The notes beneath the pieces are model-generated. The model was not told the origin of the DNA. It saw nothing but the letters and a program-made list of their open reading frames with translations, and ran no database searches. From Candidatus Binatia bacterium (GTDB taxonomy: Bacteria > Desulfobacterota > Binatia > HRBIN30), in assembly GCA_038245295.1 (NCBI GenBank), contig JBBRSP010000011.1:1-64000 (forward strand): 64,000 nucleotides of DNA, given 5' to 3'. How positions within the stretch are numbered: the first letter of the stretch is position 1; each line of letters opens with the position of its first letter. Positions 21,056 to 29,123 of this stretch are shown one piece after another. A program made the position numbers and the translations under genes.

Positions 21056-21144
21056 GGCCGGTTTCAGGTTGTCCACTCGATACACCTGGCATAGCAGCTC
21101 GCGTCGTCTGTGCTTGAATGTTCCATGGCCAACAACCCAGGAGA

Positions 21145-21465
21145 ATGACGATGAAGTACATGATAAGCTGGTTTGAACGCCCTCAAGGTTCGCCTCTGGA
21201 ATACGAGAATGCCCAGAAGCGAATTCTCGAGGTCTTCGGCCAATGGAAGGCGCCAGGCAATTTCAAGATCGACTTCTTTGTGATCCGGGTCGGCGAGTGG
21301 GGCGGGCACATGCTGATGGAATGTGATGATCCCGTGACCATTCATAAATTCTGTTCGATGCTCCCGGCCTTCGTGTTCGAAGTGCACCCGGTCATCCCGG
21401 TCGAAGAAGCGGTCCGGGGCGAGCTTGAGGTTATCGCGTGGCGGGATGGCCTGAACCCAAAGTGA
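21145..21465 (+). CDS. Small conserved protein, DUF3303-like
   Basis: MKYMISW.ERPQGS...YENAQKRIL..F..W; SD AGGAG. Family recognised from memory. Confidence 0.65.
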   Translation: MTMKYMISWFERPQGSPLEYENAQKRILEVFGQWKAPGNFKIDFFVIRVGEWGGHMLMECDDPVTIHKFCSMLPAFVFEVHPVIPVEEAVRGELEVIAWRDGLNPK

Positions 21466-21702
21466 TCGCCGCAAAGCCAACACACGCTCGCGGGTTCAAG
21501 CGTTCTTGAGACGGAGCTTCGTCGGCGATTCGCCGAGGGGAGTGAGGGTCGATCCCCTCGTGCGCGGGGGAGACGAGGCTAGCCCCTTGCCTATGCCTTC
21601 GCCCGTGCCCCCGCCTGCGTTCTCGTTCAACTGGAATCGCCTCCGGATTGCTTCAACGCAGGCGAGGGTAAGGGCGCGATCGAAGGCGCGGCAGGACGCC
21701 GG

Positions 21703-22332
21703 TCAGTGGTCGCTCTTGCCCCACAGCTCTTCGAGGCGCGCGTCGCGGCCGCAGTTGTAACGGTAGATCTTGTAGCGGATTGGATTCCGCTTGTAGTAAT
21801 CCTGGTGGTAGTCCTCGGCGGGGTAGAAGGTCGTTGCCGCGACGATTTCGGTGGCAACCGGACCTTTGAGCTTGCCGGATTGCGTCAACGCGGCTCGCGA
21901 GGCCTCGGCGGCGCGTTTCTGTTCTTCCGAATGGTAGAAGATAGCGGTTCGATATTGTGATCCGTGGTCGCAGAACTGGGCGTTGGCTGTGAGCGGATCG
22001 ACGTTGTGCCAATAGACGTCGAGTAGCTGTTCGTACTTGACCTTGGCTGGGTCGAACTCAACCTGCACGGATTCGGCGTGCCCGGTGCCGCCGGCGGAGA
22101 CGTCTTCGTACGACGGATTGACGGCGTGGCCGCCGGTGTATCCCGAGGTGACCGACAACACACCCGCCAGCTTTTCGAAGGGCGGTTCCATGCACCAGAA
22201 GCAGCCGCCGGCGAACGTGGCTTTCTCGGTCTTCGATGACTCGGCGCGCGCTGCCGACGCGTTCAGTGTTAATGTCAGCGCGCAGGAAATGAAAACGATG
22301 CGAGTGAGTCTCATGAAGACATTTGACGCCAC
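21703..22332 (-). CDS. msrA: Peptide-methionine (S)-S-oxide reductase, exported
   Basis: Signal peptide; FAGGCFWC, SGYTGG, GHAESV, QFCD.G.QY, AEDYHQDYY. Confidence 0.95.
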   Translation of the reverse strand: MASNVFMRLTRIVFISCALTLTLNASAARAESSKTEKATFAGGCFWCMEPPFEKLAGVLSVTSGYTGGHAVNPSYEDVSAGGTGHAESVQVEFDPAKVKYEQLLDVYWHNVDPLTANAQFCDHGSQYRTAIFYHSEEQKRAAEASRAALTQSGKLKGPVATEIVAATTFYPAEDYHQDYYKRNPIRYKIYRYNCGRDARLEELWGKSDH

Positions 22333-22417
22333 AGCTCGGCGGTGGTTTCAAGAGTCCATTTTGGCGGTAGTGACTCAGTTTGACCTGGTGGCGGCTGGCG
22401 GGTGGTGGATCTCATCG

Positions 22418-22509
22418 CGGAGCGCGCTACTCCGTGGCGCCCGGAGACCGAACCTTACCCGCTAAGGGTTTGGATTCCAGCGATGGGCGCCACGGAGTAG
22501 CGGGCTCCG
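22418..22509. repeat. 25-bp inverted repeat (REP-like hairpin pair)
   Basis: CGGAGCGCGCTACTCCGTGGCGCCC / GGGCGCCACGGAGTAGCGGGCTCCG, one mismatch. Confidence 0.75.
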
Positions 22510-22657
22510 ATTAGAGGCCATCGGCGTGCGTGGATTCCAAATTGAGACACGGCCGTTTTGTCGTCACTGAACAAAGGACAACGTTCTTGAGGCGCCGGCA
22601 CTGCTGCGCTACGGCAACACGGTTACGACGCCGCCTTCGGGCTGGGGAGAAGCGATC

Positions 22658-23749
22658 TTGATCTATTTGGACCACAACGCGACGACACCGCTGCGCCCCG
22701 AGGTGCTGGAGGCCATGTTGCCGTACCTGCGCGAAGAGTACGGCAATCCGTCGAGTGTGCACCAATGGGGCTCGCGCGCCCGCTGCGCCGTCGAGGAAGC
22801 GCGGGTGCAGGTCGCCGGGATGATTGGCGCGACTGCTGCCGAGATCCTGTTCACGAGCGGCGGCACAGAGAGCAACGCCAGCGCTTTGCACGTCGGCGAG
22901 GCGACGACGACGCCGATCGAGCACTCGTCGGTGCTCGCCTGGTGCGGTCTTCGTGATGTGGATGTGGACAGCCAGGGAGTTGTCGATATTGCCTCGCTGC
23001 GGCGGGCGCTGACGGGCAAGCCCGGGCGCGTCTCGATCGGTTGGGCCAACAATGAGATTGGTACGATTCAGCCCATGGAAGACATTTCTTCGGAATGCAG
23101 AGCCGCGGGTGTGCCTCTGCATAGCGATGCCGTGCAGGCTGTCGGAAAGATCCCGGTGCGCGTCGCGTTCGTCGATTCGATGACCCTCTCAGCGCATAAG
23201 TTGGGAGGCCCCAAAGGGGTTGGGGCTCTGTATGTGCGCAAGGGAACGTCCTTTCAGCCTCTGCTGCGTGGCGGTTCGCAGGAGCGCGAGCGCCGCGCCG
23301 GCACCGAGAACGTCGCGGGCATCGTTGGTATGGGAGAAGCCTGTCGCCTGGCCGCCCTCGAGATTGGCGCCTTTGCCGAATCGTGCGTGGCGCTGCGAGA
23401 TGCCCTGTGGGAGGGCCTCGCGGGTGTCGAGGGCATGATCCGCCATACGCCGCGGCGCGGTTGTCTGCCGAATACCTTGCATGTGCGCTTCGACGGCGTG
23501 CGCGGCGAGGCGCTCGTGGCAGCGCTCGACATCGAAGGCATTGCCGTATCGAGCGGGTCAGCGTGCGCGGCGGGAGCGGGAGAGCCGTCGCATGTGCTGG
23601 CCGCGCTGGGTTGCGATCGCGACCAATCACGCAACGGCGTGCGCTTCAGCGTCGGACGCGGCAACACCCTCGAGCAGATGCAGGCTGTGGCCGCCACCGT
23701 TCATCAGTCGGTTGCGCGGATTCGCCGGGCTCACGGGGGTGGACGATGA
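22658..23749 (+). CDS. iscS: Cysteine desulfurase (IscS/NifS type)
   Basis: YLDHNATTP, GNPSS, FTSGGTES, NNEIG, HSDAVQ, SAHKLGGPKG, SSGSAC. Confidence 0.92.
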   Translation: MIYLDHNATTPLRPEVLEAMLPYLREEYGNPSSVHQWGSRARCAVEEARVQVAGMIGATAAEILFTSGGTESNASALHVGEATTTPIEHSSVLAWCGLRDVDVDSQGVVDIASLRRALTGKPGRVSIGWANNEIGTIQPMEDISSECRAAGVPLHSDAVQAVGKIPVRVAFVDSMTLSAHKLGGPKGVGALYVRKGTSFQPLLRGGSQERERRAGTENVAGIVGMGEACRLAALEIGAFAESCVALRDALWEGLAGVEGMIRHTPRRGCLPNTLHVRFDGVRGEALVAALDIEGIAVSSGSACAAGAGEPSHVLAALGCDRDQSRNGVRFSVGRGNTLEQMQAVAATVHQSVARIRRAHGGGR

Positions 23750-24837
23750 AACAGCCGCAGCCCGGCAGCCGCGTCGTTGTTGCCATGAGTGGTGGTGTCG
23801 ACAGTTCCGTAGCCGCGGCGCTTCTCGTCGAGCAAGGGTTCGACGTGGTTGGTATCGCCATGCGCCTGTGGGGCGAGGCGAGTGAGAGCGGCTGTTGTTC
23901 GATCGACGACTTCGTCGATGCACGCCGTGTGGCGGCGCGTTTTAGCTTTCCGTTCTATGTGATGGACTTTCGCGACGAGTTCCGCCGCAGCGTCGTCGAA
24001 CCGTTCATCGGCGACTATCTTGCCGGGCGCACACCGAACCCGTGTGCCCGCTGTAACCAATTCGTCAAGTTTGCCGGCTTCTGGGATCGCGCCGTCGAGC
24101 TTGGCGGCGAGTGGATCGCCACCGGCCATTATGCGCGGATCCGGCGTGACGAATCGAACGGCACCACGGCGCTGCTGGCGGCGGCCGACCCGGCTAAGGA
24201 TCAGTCGTATTACCTGTTCGGGATACGCTCGGAAGTCCTCGAACGCTGCCTGTTCCCGGTTGGCGAATGGAGCAAGCCGCAGGTGCGCGAGCGCGCCGAG
24301 CAACTCGGCTTGTCGGTGGCGCAGAAGCCCGACAGCCAGGACATCTGCTTTGCGCCACGCGGGCAATACGGCGAGTTCGTCGCCCGTCAGGCGTCGGTCG
24401 TGCCGCGCCCCGGCAACATCGTCGATGCCGATGGGCAGACTGTGGGAAGTCACGACGGGGTCCATCAGTTTACCGTGGGGCAACGCCACGGCCTGCGGGT
24501 CAGCGCGCCGCAGCCGTTGTACGTGACCGACATCGACGCCGCAGCGGCGACGGTTCGTGTCGGGCCCAAATCGGCTGTCGATTCGCATCAGGTCACCGCG
24601 CGTCAGGTGAATTGGTTGACGGCGGAGCTGCCCCAACCGGGACGCGCACTGACGGTCAAGATCCGTTCGCGTTTCGAGCCGGCCACGGTGGTTCTTGCCG
24701 AGGTGTCGGTCGACCACTTCGTCGTGCAATCGGAGCGCGGCCTGCCGGCCGTAACGCCGGGGCAAGCAGCGGTCCTTTACGACGGCGATCGTGTTCTCGG
24801 TGGCGGCTGGATCGAACGCCGGGCGGCCGCCGCATGA
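23746..24837 (+). CDS. mnmA: tRNA 2-thiouridylase
   Basis: AMSGGVDSS, GCCS, TPNPCARCN, ATGHYAR, KDQSY, SQDICF, TVGQR, PGQAAV. Confidence 0.97.
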   Translation: MKQPQPGSRVVVAMSGGVDSSVAAALLVEQGFDVVGIAMRLWGEASESGCCSIDDFVDARRVAARFSFPFYVMDFRDEFRRSVVEPFIGDYLAGRTPNPCARCNQFVKFAGFWDRAVELGGEWIATGHYARIRRDESNGTTALLAAADPAKDQSYYLFGIRSEVLERCLFPVGEWSKPQVRERAEQLGLSVAQKPDSQDICFAPRGQYGEFVARQASVVPRPGNIVDADGQTVGSHDGVHQFTVGQRHGLRVSAPQPLYVTDIDAAAATVRVGPKSAVDSHQVTARQVNWLTAELPQPGRALTVKIRSRFEPATVVLAEVSVDHFVVQSERGLPAVTPGQAAVLYDGDRVLGGGWIERRAAAA

Positions 24838-26147
24838 GGCCGGCGATGCGGATCGCCATGGCGACCCTTGGTTGCAAGGTCAACCAGTACGATAGTGCCG
24901 CGATTGAAACACGCCTGCGCGCGACCGACGGCGAGTTTGTCGACTTCGACGCGATAGCGGATGTCTACATCATCAACTCGTGTACGGTGACGGACGAAGC
25001 GGACCTGGAGAGCTGCCGGCTGGTGCGGCGAGCGCGTCGGCGCAATCCTGAGGCGCGGGTGATTTTGACCGGCTGCTTCGCGCAGGTGAATCCGGTTGGC
25101 GCGGCGGCGACAGAGGTCGACTATGTCGTTGGGCTGAATCGCTTGCCGGATGTCATCGCGGCCGCACACGGCGAGCTCGAACCGCGTGTTGCGGTGGATG
25201 ACCTACGAACGGCGCGGCGGGTCGAGACAATCGGCGCCGAGACGTTTGCCGGGCAGACGCGAGCGTTCCTGAAGATTCAAGAAGGCTGTGACCTCTTCTG
25301 CACCTTTTGCATTGTGCCGATGGCGCGTGGGCAAAGTCGCAGCGTGCCGCCGCGACAAGTCTTGGCGCAGCTCGAACGATTGCGTGAGCTCGGGTTTCAG
25401 GAGGTCGTGCTGACCGGTGTGCATCTCGGAGGTTATGGCCACGACCTGCTGCCGCGTCTCGATCTTGCCGACCTCGTCGAGATGATTGCCGAACACGTAC
25501 CGGTGCCGCGTCTACGCTTGAGCTCGATTGATCCCCCGGAGGTGAGCCCGAGACTCTTGCAACTGATCGACTGGCAGGTGTTGTGCCCGCATTTGCACAT
25601 CCCCTTGCAGGCCGGCGACGATGCGGTGCTGCACCGTATGCGGCGCCAGTATGGCATCGAGTACGCCAGCGAGCTCATTCAGAGCATTCGTGAGCGGGTG
25701 CCAGAGGCGGCGATCGGGACCGACGTGATCACCGGCTTCCCCGGCGAGACTGAGGCCGAATTCGAGCGCAGCGCCGAGCTCTATGAGCGTCTACCGCTGA
25801 CGTATTTCCATGTCTTCCCCTATTCGCAACGCCGCGGCACGACGGCGGCCAAACGTACCGATCAGCTCGATCCGCGGACGATTGCCCAGCGGGCTCGCCG
25901 GCTGCGACAGCTTGGCGAGCACAAGCGCCGGCAGTTTGCGGCGCGTTTCGTTGGCCAGAAGCTGCCGGTGTTGCTCGAGTCAGGCGATGGCGCGGAATGG
26001 ACGGGCTACTCGCGGAACTACCAACGCGTCGCAGTGCGCCACGGTGCGCTGGTCCGCAACACCGAAGTCGAGGTGCGCGTGACGGGGGCCGCCGGTGCCA
26101 AGTTGGTCGGTGTGGTGGCGACGGCCGATGCAGGTGTGAACGCATGA
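24834..26147 (+). CDS. mtaB: tRNA t6A37 methylthiotransferase
   Basis: TLGCKVNQYD, NSCTVT, LKIQEGCDLFCTFCIVP, LSSIDP, HVFPYS.R.GT.A. Confidence 0.93.
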   Translation: MRPAMRIAMATLGCKVNQYDSAAIETRLRATDGEFVDFDAIADVYIINSCTVTDEADLESCRLVRRARRRNPEARVILTGCFAQVNPVGAAATEVDYVVGLNRLPDVIAAAHGELEPRVAVDDLRTARRVETIGAETFAGQTRAFLKIQEGCDLFCTFCIVPMARGQSRSVPPRQVLAQLERLRELGFQEVVLTGVHLGGYGHDLLPRLDLADLVEMIAEHVPVPRLRLSSIDPPEVSPRLLQLIDWQVLCPHLHIPLQAGDDAVLHRMRRQYGIEYASELIQSIRERVPEAAIGTDVITGFPGETEAEFERSAELYERLPLTYFHVFPYSQRRGTTAAKRTDQLDPRTIAQRARRLRQLGEHKRRQFAARFVGQKLPVLLESGDGAEWTGYSRNYQRVAVRHGALVRNTEVEVRVTGAAGAKLVGVVATADAGVNA

Positions 26148-26848
26148 AGGACCTGGCCTTGGTGCAGGCAGCGGTGGGGTATCAGTTTCGCGATCTCAAC
26201 TTCCTCCAGGACGCGCTGCGGCATTCATCGGCGATCGACGTAGCGGCGGTGCGCCACTCCGAGCGCCTCGAATTTCTTGGTGACGCCATTGTGGCCGCGG
26301 CGCTCGGTGAGTTGCTCATCGAGTGTTATCCCGAATGTGATGAAGGTCAGCTGTCGCGTTACCGCGCGGCTCTGGCGAACACGCAGAGCTTGGCGGCGGC
26401 AGCGCGCGACCTCGGCGTGGCGGAGTGGATTGTCCTGGGACGTGGCGAAGAGCGTTCCGGCGGGCGGGCAAAGGTGTCTATCCTGGCGGCCGCGTATGAG
26501 TCGATTGTCGGCGCGATCTTTCTCGATGGCGGCTATGAAGCGGCGCGCACGTTCTTGCGCAAACAATTCCGCGCTGCGGCCATCGAGCTGGCTACACGGC
26601 GGCAACTCGACCCGAAGACCGAGTTCCAGGAACACTGCCAGGCGCTCTATCGCCGGGCCCCGGAGTATCGTGTCGTGGAAGAGTCAGGTCCCCAACATCA
26701 AAGGCGATTCGTTGTCGATGTCGTACTCGGCGAGCAGGTGCTGGCGCGCGGTGGTGGAACCAGTAAACGCGAGGCGGAGCAGGACGCGGCGCGCGCTGCG
26801 CTGGGGCTGAGCGCCGACCAGTTGGCCGAGCTGGTTGGTTCGAACTAA
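26144..26848 (+). CDS. rnc: Ribonuclease III
   Basis: ERLEFLGDA, EGQLS, LGRGE, YESIVGAIFLDGG, dsRBD DPKT.FQE...SKREAEQ.AA. Confidence 0.96.
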   Translation: MKDLALVQAAVGYQFRDLNFLQDALRHSSAIDVAAVRHSERLEFLGDAIVAAALGELLIECYPECDEGQLSRYRAALANTQSLAAAARDLGVAEWIVLGRGEERSGGRAKVSILAAAYESIVGAIFLDGGYEAARTFLRKQFRAAAIELATRRQLDPKTEFQEHCQALYRRAPEYRVVEESGPQHQRRFVVDVVLGEQVLARGGGTSKREAEQDAARAALGLSADQLAELVGSN

Positions 26849-26888
26849 AGCGCAGAGCCGAAATTGTCTGTGGTGGTACAATTTTTTC

Positions 26889-26918
26889 TTGACATCGAAC
26901 TAACCACATGGCGATAAT
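26889..26918 (+). promoter_or_regulatory. Near-consensus sigma70 promoter of the three-paralog operon
   Basis: TTGACA-N18-GATAAT with an upstream A/T tract; a second TTTCTTGACA lies exactly 60 bp downstream. Confidence 0.6.
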
Positions 26919-27042
26919 GCTCGATATTGCGAAAGGCGGAGAAGTTTCTTGACAATCGTGCGGTGGGTAGTGCACCCTCGGCTCTTTAGTTCTTGAGACC
27001 ATCGACCTTAGCGGCGCGCGGAAAGCAGGGGAGGTCATCGAT

Positions 27043-27660
27043 ATGAGGAAGCCTTTGATTGTAACGGTTGTCGGCGTCTGTTCGCTCCTAATGGGAGCGA
27101 GTTTGGCGCAGGCTCAAGCTGCGTTTCCCACCCGAAGCGGTAATTATGCCGCTTTCATGGCCCGCGCTATGGACCCTTGCACACCGGGTGCCTTGACTGT
27201 GATCGGTGCTGGCGTCCCCACGCAGGGCTGCTACCAGGCCAATTCGACGACTGACTCTGCTCTCACGATGACGACGGCCCGCGTGGTCGTCTCGCGTAAA
27301 ACCGGCAAGGTCATTCTGTTCGGTAGGGGCTTCCCGTTTGGCGCGCGCGTCAAGGTTGTCTTGAACCTGCGCATTACGCGCAAGGGCTTAACGACAAAGA
27401 ACCCGACTGGCTCCAACAAGACGATTACCTTCCAGGACATGACGGTCTCGTGTCCCACCGCACCGTTCCAGTTCCTCGCCAACTCACGCGGTACCATTTC
27501 CGGCCGCGCAAACTTGGCGGACTGCTTAGGGGCGAACGGCGGCTTGGTTACGCCAGCCACTGCGGGTTCGCCGCCCGTCGTCAACATTGAGATCCTGAGT
27601 GCTACCCTGGTCAACACGGACAACGGCAAAGTTGTCGCGCGGCCGGGTATCCTACGATAG
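27043..27660 (+). CDS. Secreted Cys-containing protein of unrecognised family, paralog 1
   Basis: SD GGAGGT; Sec signal ending AQA; shares ARAMDPCTPG, GLTTKNPTGSNK, NIEI and ARPGILR with its neighbours. Confidence 0.9.
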   Translation: MRKPLIVTVVGVCSLLMGASLAQAQAAFPTRSGNYAAFMARAMDPCTPGALTVIGAGVPTQGCYQANSTTDSALTMTTARVVVSRKTGKVILFGRGFPFGARVKVVLNLRITRKGLTTKNPTGSNKTITFQDMTVSCPTAPFQFLANSRGTISGRANLADCLGANGGLVTPATAGSPPVVNIEILSATLVNTDNGKVVARPGILR

Positions 27661-27695
27661 TTTCACGGGCCGTCGTGGATTCGAGGGAGACAAAC

Positions 27696-28313
27696 ATGAG
27701 CAAACGAATTCGAGCAGTTGTCGCGGCTGGTATAGTGGCGGCTCTAGGTATGATCGTCGTTCCGAGCGCCAACGCGCAGGTGGCGTTCCCGAAACGCGCC
27801 AAGCAGGTCAAGTTCTGGTTGGCGCGGGCGATGGACCCGTGCACGCCGGGTAGCTTGAGTGTTCTCGGCGCGGGTGTTCCAGGGACGGGCTGCTTCCAGA
27901 CCAACACCGTTACGGATGGTACAACCACAATGCGGTACGGCAAGATCGTAATCGGCAAGAACGGCAGGATCGCATTGTCCGGAGCCGGTTTCACGTTCGG
28001 CGATGTGTTCCGCGTTCGACTACAGCTGCGCATCACCAAGCAGGGCCTCACGACAAAGAACCCAACTGGCAGCAATAAGAACGTGACCTTTGCCGATCAA
28101 GCGGTGGATTGTCCGCCGTCGCCCTCCGCCTTCACTGTCCGTCCGAACGGTTCGATCGCGACACATACGGACTTGGCGACCTGCTTGGCGCCCTACAGCG
28201 GTCTGGCTGGCGGCGCGACCGCGGCACAGCCGAACAATATTGAAATCGTCGATGCATCACTCGTAAGCGTCCTGACTGGTAAAATCATCGCGCGCCCGGG
28301 TATTCTCCGCTGA
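27696..28313 (+). CDS. Secreted Cys-containing protein of unrecognised family, paralog 2
   Basis: SD GGGAGA; signal ending ANA; same motifs as paralog 1. Confidence 0.9.
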   Translation: MSKRIRAVVAAGIVAALGMIVVPSANAQVAFPKRAKQVKFWLARAMDPCTPGSLSVLGAGVPGTGCFQTNTVTDGTTTMRYGKIVIGKNGRIALSGAGFTFGDVFRVRLQLRITKQGLTTKNPTGSNKNVTFADQAVDCPPSPSAFTVRPNGSIATHTDLATCLAPYSGLAGGATAAQPNNIEIVDASLVSVLTGKIIARPGILR

Positions 28314-28330
28314 CCCAGCGTGAATGTTGA

Positions 28331-28344
28331 TTGACAAGTGTCAA
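28331..28344. promoter_or_regulatory. Palindrome TTGACA-AG-TGTCAA (candidate operator)
   Basis: Perfect 6-bp inverted repeat in the spacer between paralogs 2 and 3. Confidence 0.4.
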
Positions 28345-28394
28345 GCCGCGATTGAAGCTCTCGCAGAGATCCAGCATTCTTAAGGAGGTTCGGG

Positions 28395-29036
28395 ATGAGA
28401 AAATTGATGGCAACTGTGGCGTTCGGGGGTCTGGCCGTGATCATGGCGAGCACTGCTTTTGCCGCCGATTCGCGATTTCCGACGAAGGCGAGAACGTATC
28501 GCACCTTCTTTGTGCGTGCTTTCGACCAGTGCACACCGGCCGGCTTGAGCGTTGTTTCGCCTGGCTTAGGTGGAGCTTTCGGGTGTTTCGCCGCCACAAC
28601 AACGACGGATACGCCACCGCCCGGTGATCCGCTCGGGGCCTCGATGAGTTTTTCCCGCATACTGATCAAGCGTTATCCCGCCGCCGGGGGGCAGGGTCGC
28701 CTCAGCTTCTTCGGTAAAGGATTCCAGGCCGGTCAACGCGTCAAGGTAGGCCTCACGCTGCGAACCACCCGTTCGGGCCTCTCGACGAAGAATCCGATCG
28801 GCAGCAACAAGACCGTCACCTTCGCAGATGTCAGCGTTACTTGCGGCACGCCAAATTCGGGCTGCTTTGTCGCGAACTCGCGTGGTGCCATTGCCGGCAA
28901 TCAGTTGCTCACAGCGTGCCTCACCCAGAACGGCCAGCCAACCGGACTGGCTGCCGAGAACGTTGAAATCTTGAGCGCCTCGCTGATCAACTGCGATACG
29001 AACAAGACCATCGCTATCCCCGGCATCCTTAACTGA
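28395..29036 (+). CDS. Secreted Cys-containing protein of unrecognised family, paralog 3
   Basis: SD AAGGAGGT; signal ending AFA; VRAFDQCTPAG, GLSTKNPIGSNKTVTF, NVEI, IPGILN; two extra Cys. Confidence 0.9.
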   Translation: MRKLMATVAFGGLAVIMASTAFAADSRFPTKARTYRTFFVRAFDQCTPAGLSVVSPGLGGAFGCFAATTTTDTPPPGDPLGASMSFSRILIKRYPAAGGQGRLSFFGKGFQAGQRVKVGLTLRTTRSGLSTKNPIGSNKTVTFADVSVTCGTPNSGCFVANSRGAIAGNQLLTACLTQNGQPTGLAAENVEILSASLINCDTNKTIAIPGILN

Positions 29037-29060
29037 TCGTAACCTCCTAGAATCTCACGT

Positions 29061-29104
29061 AAACAAACGCCGCACGGTCATCGACCGTGCGGCGTTTGTT
29101 TTTT
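29061..29104. terminator. Strong bidirectional intrinsic terminator
   Basis: AAACAAACGCCGCACGGTC-ATC-GACCGTGCGGCGTTTGTTT plus a T tract, between convergent genes. Confidence 0.9.
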
Positions 29105-29123
29105 GGGGGGCTGGGCAACGTAA

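Noticed and set aside
21088..21103. TGGCATAGCAGCTCGC as a sigma54 promoter for the DUF3303-like gene
   Set aside because: The GC is one base off the obligatory GG-N10-GC spacing.
23383..23745. Long N-terminal extensions in the ORF track (mnmA, mtaB, rnc, tsaE, several GTs, reductase, MATE)
   Set aside because: They overlap upstream genes; downstream ATGs with ATGA coupling or SD sites match the family N-termini, so starts were trimmed.
27667..27684. GGGCCGTCGTGGATTCGA resembles the tRNA-Lys 3' end (GGGCCGTCAGGGACTCGA), a possible att site
   Set aside because: Three mismatches in 18 nt, located inside the paralog operon, with core genes (efp) between the two sites; likely chance.
27043..29036. 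Triplet as type IV pilins, c-type cytochromes or lipoproteins
   Set aside because: No G-F-x-x-x-E prepilin motif, no CxxCH, and no lipobox at the cleavage site.
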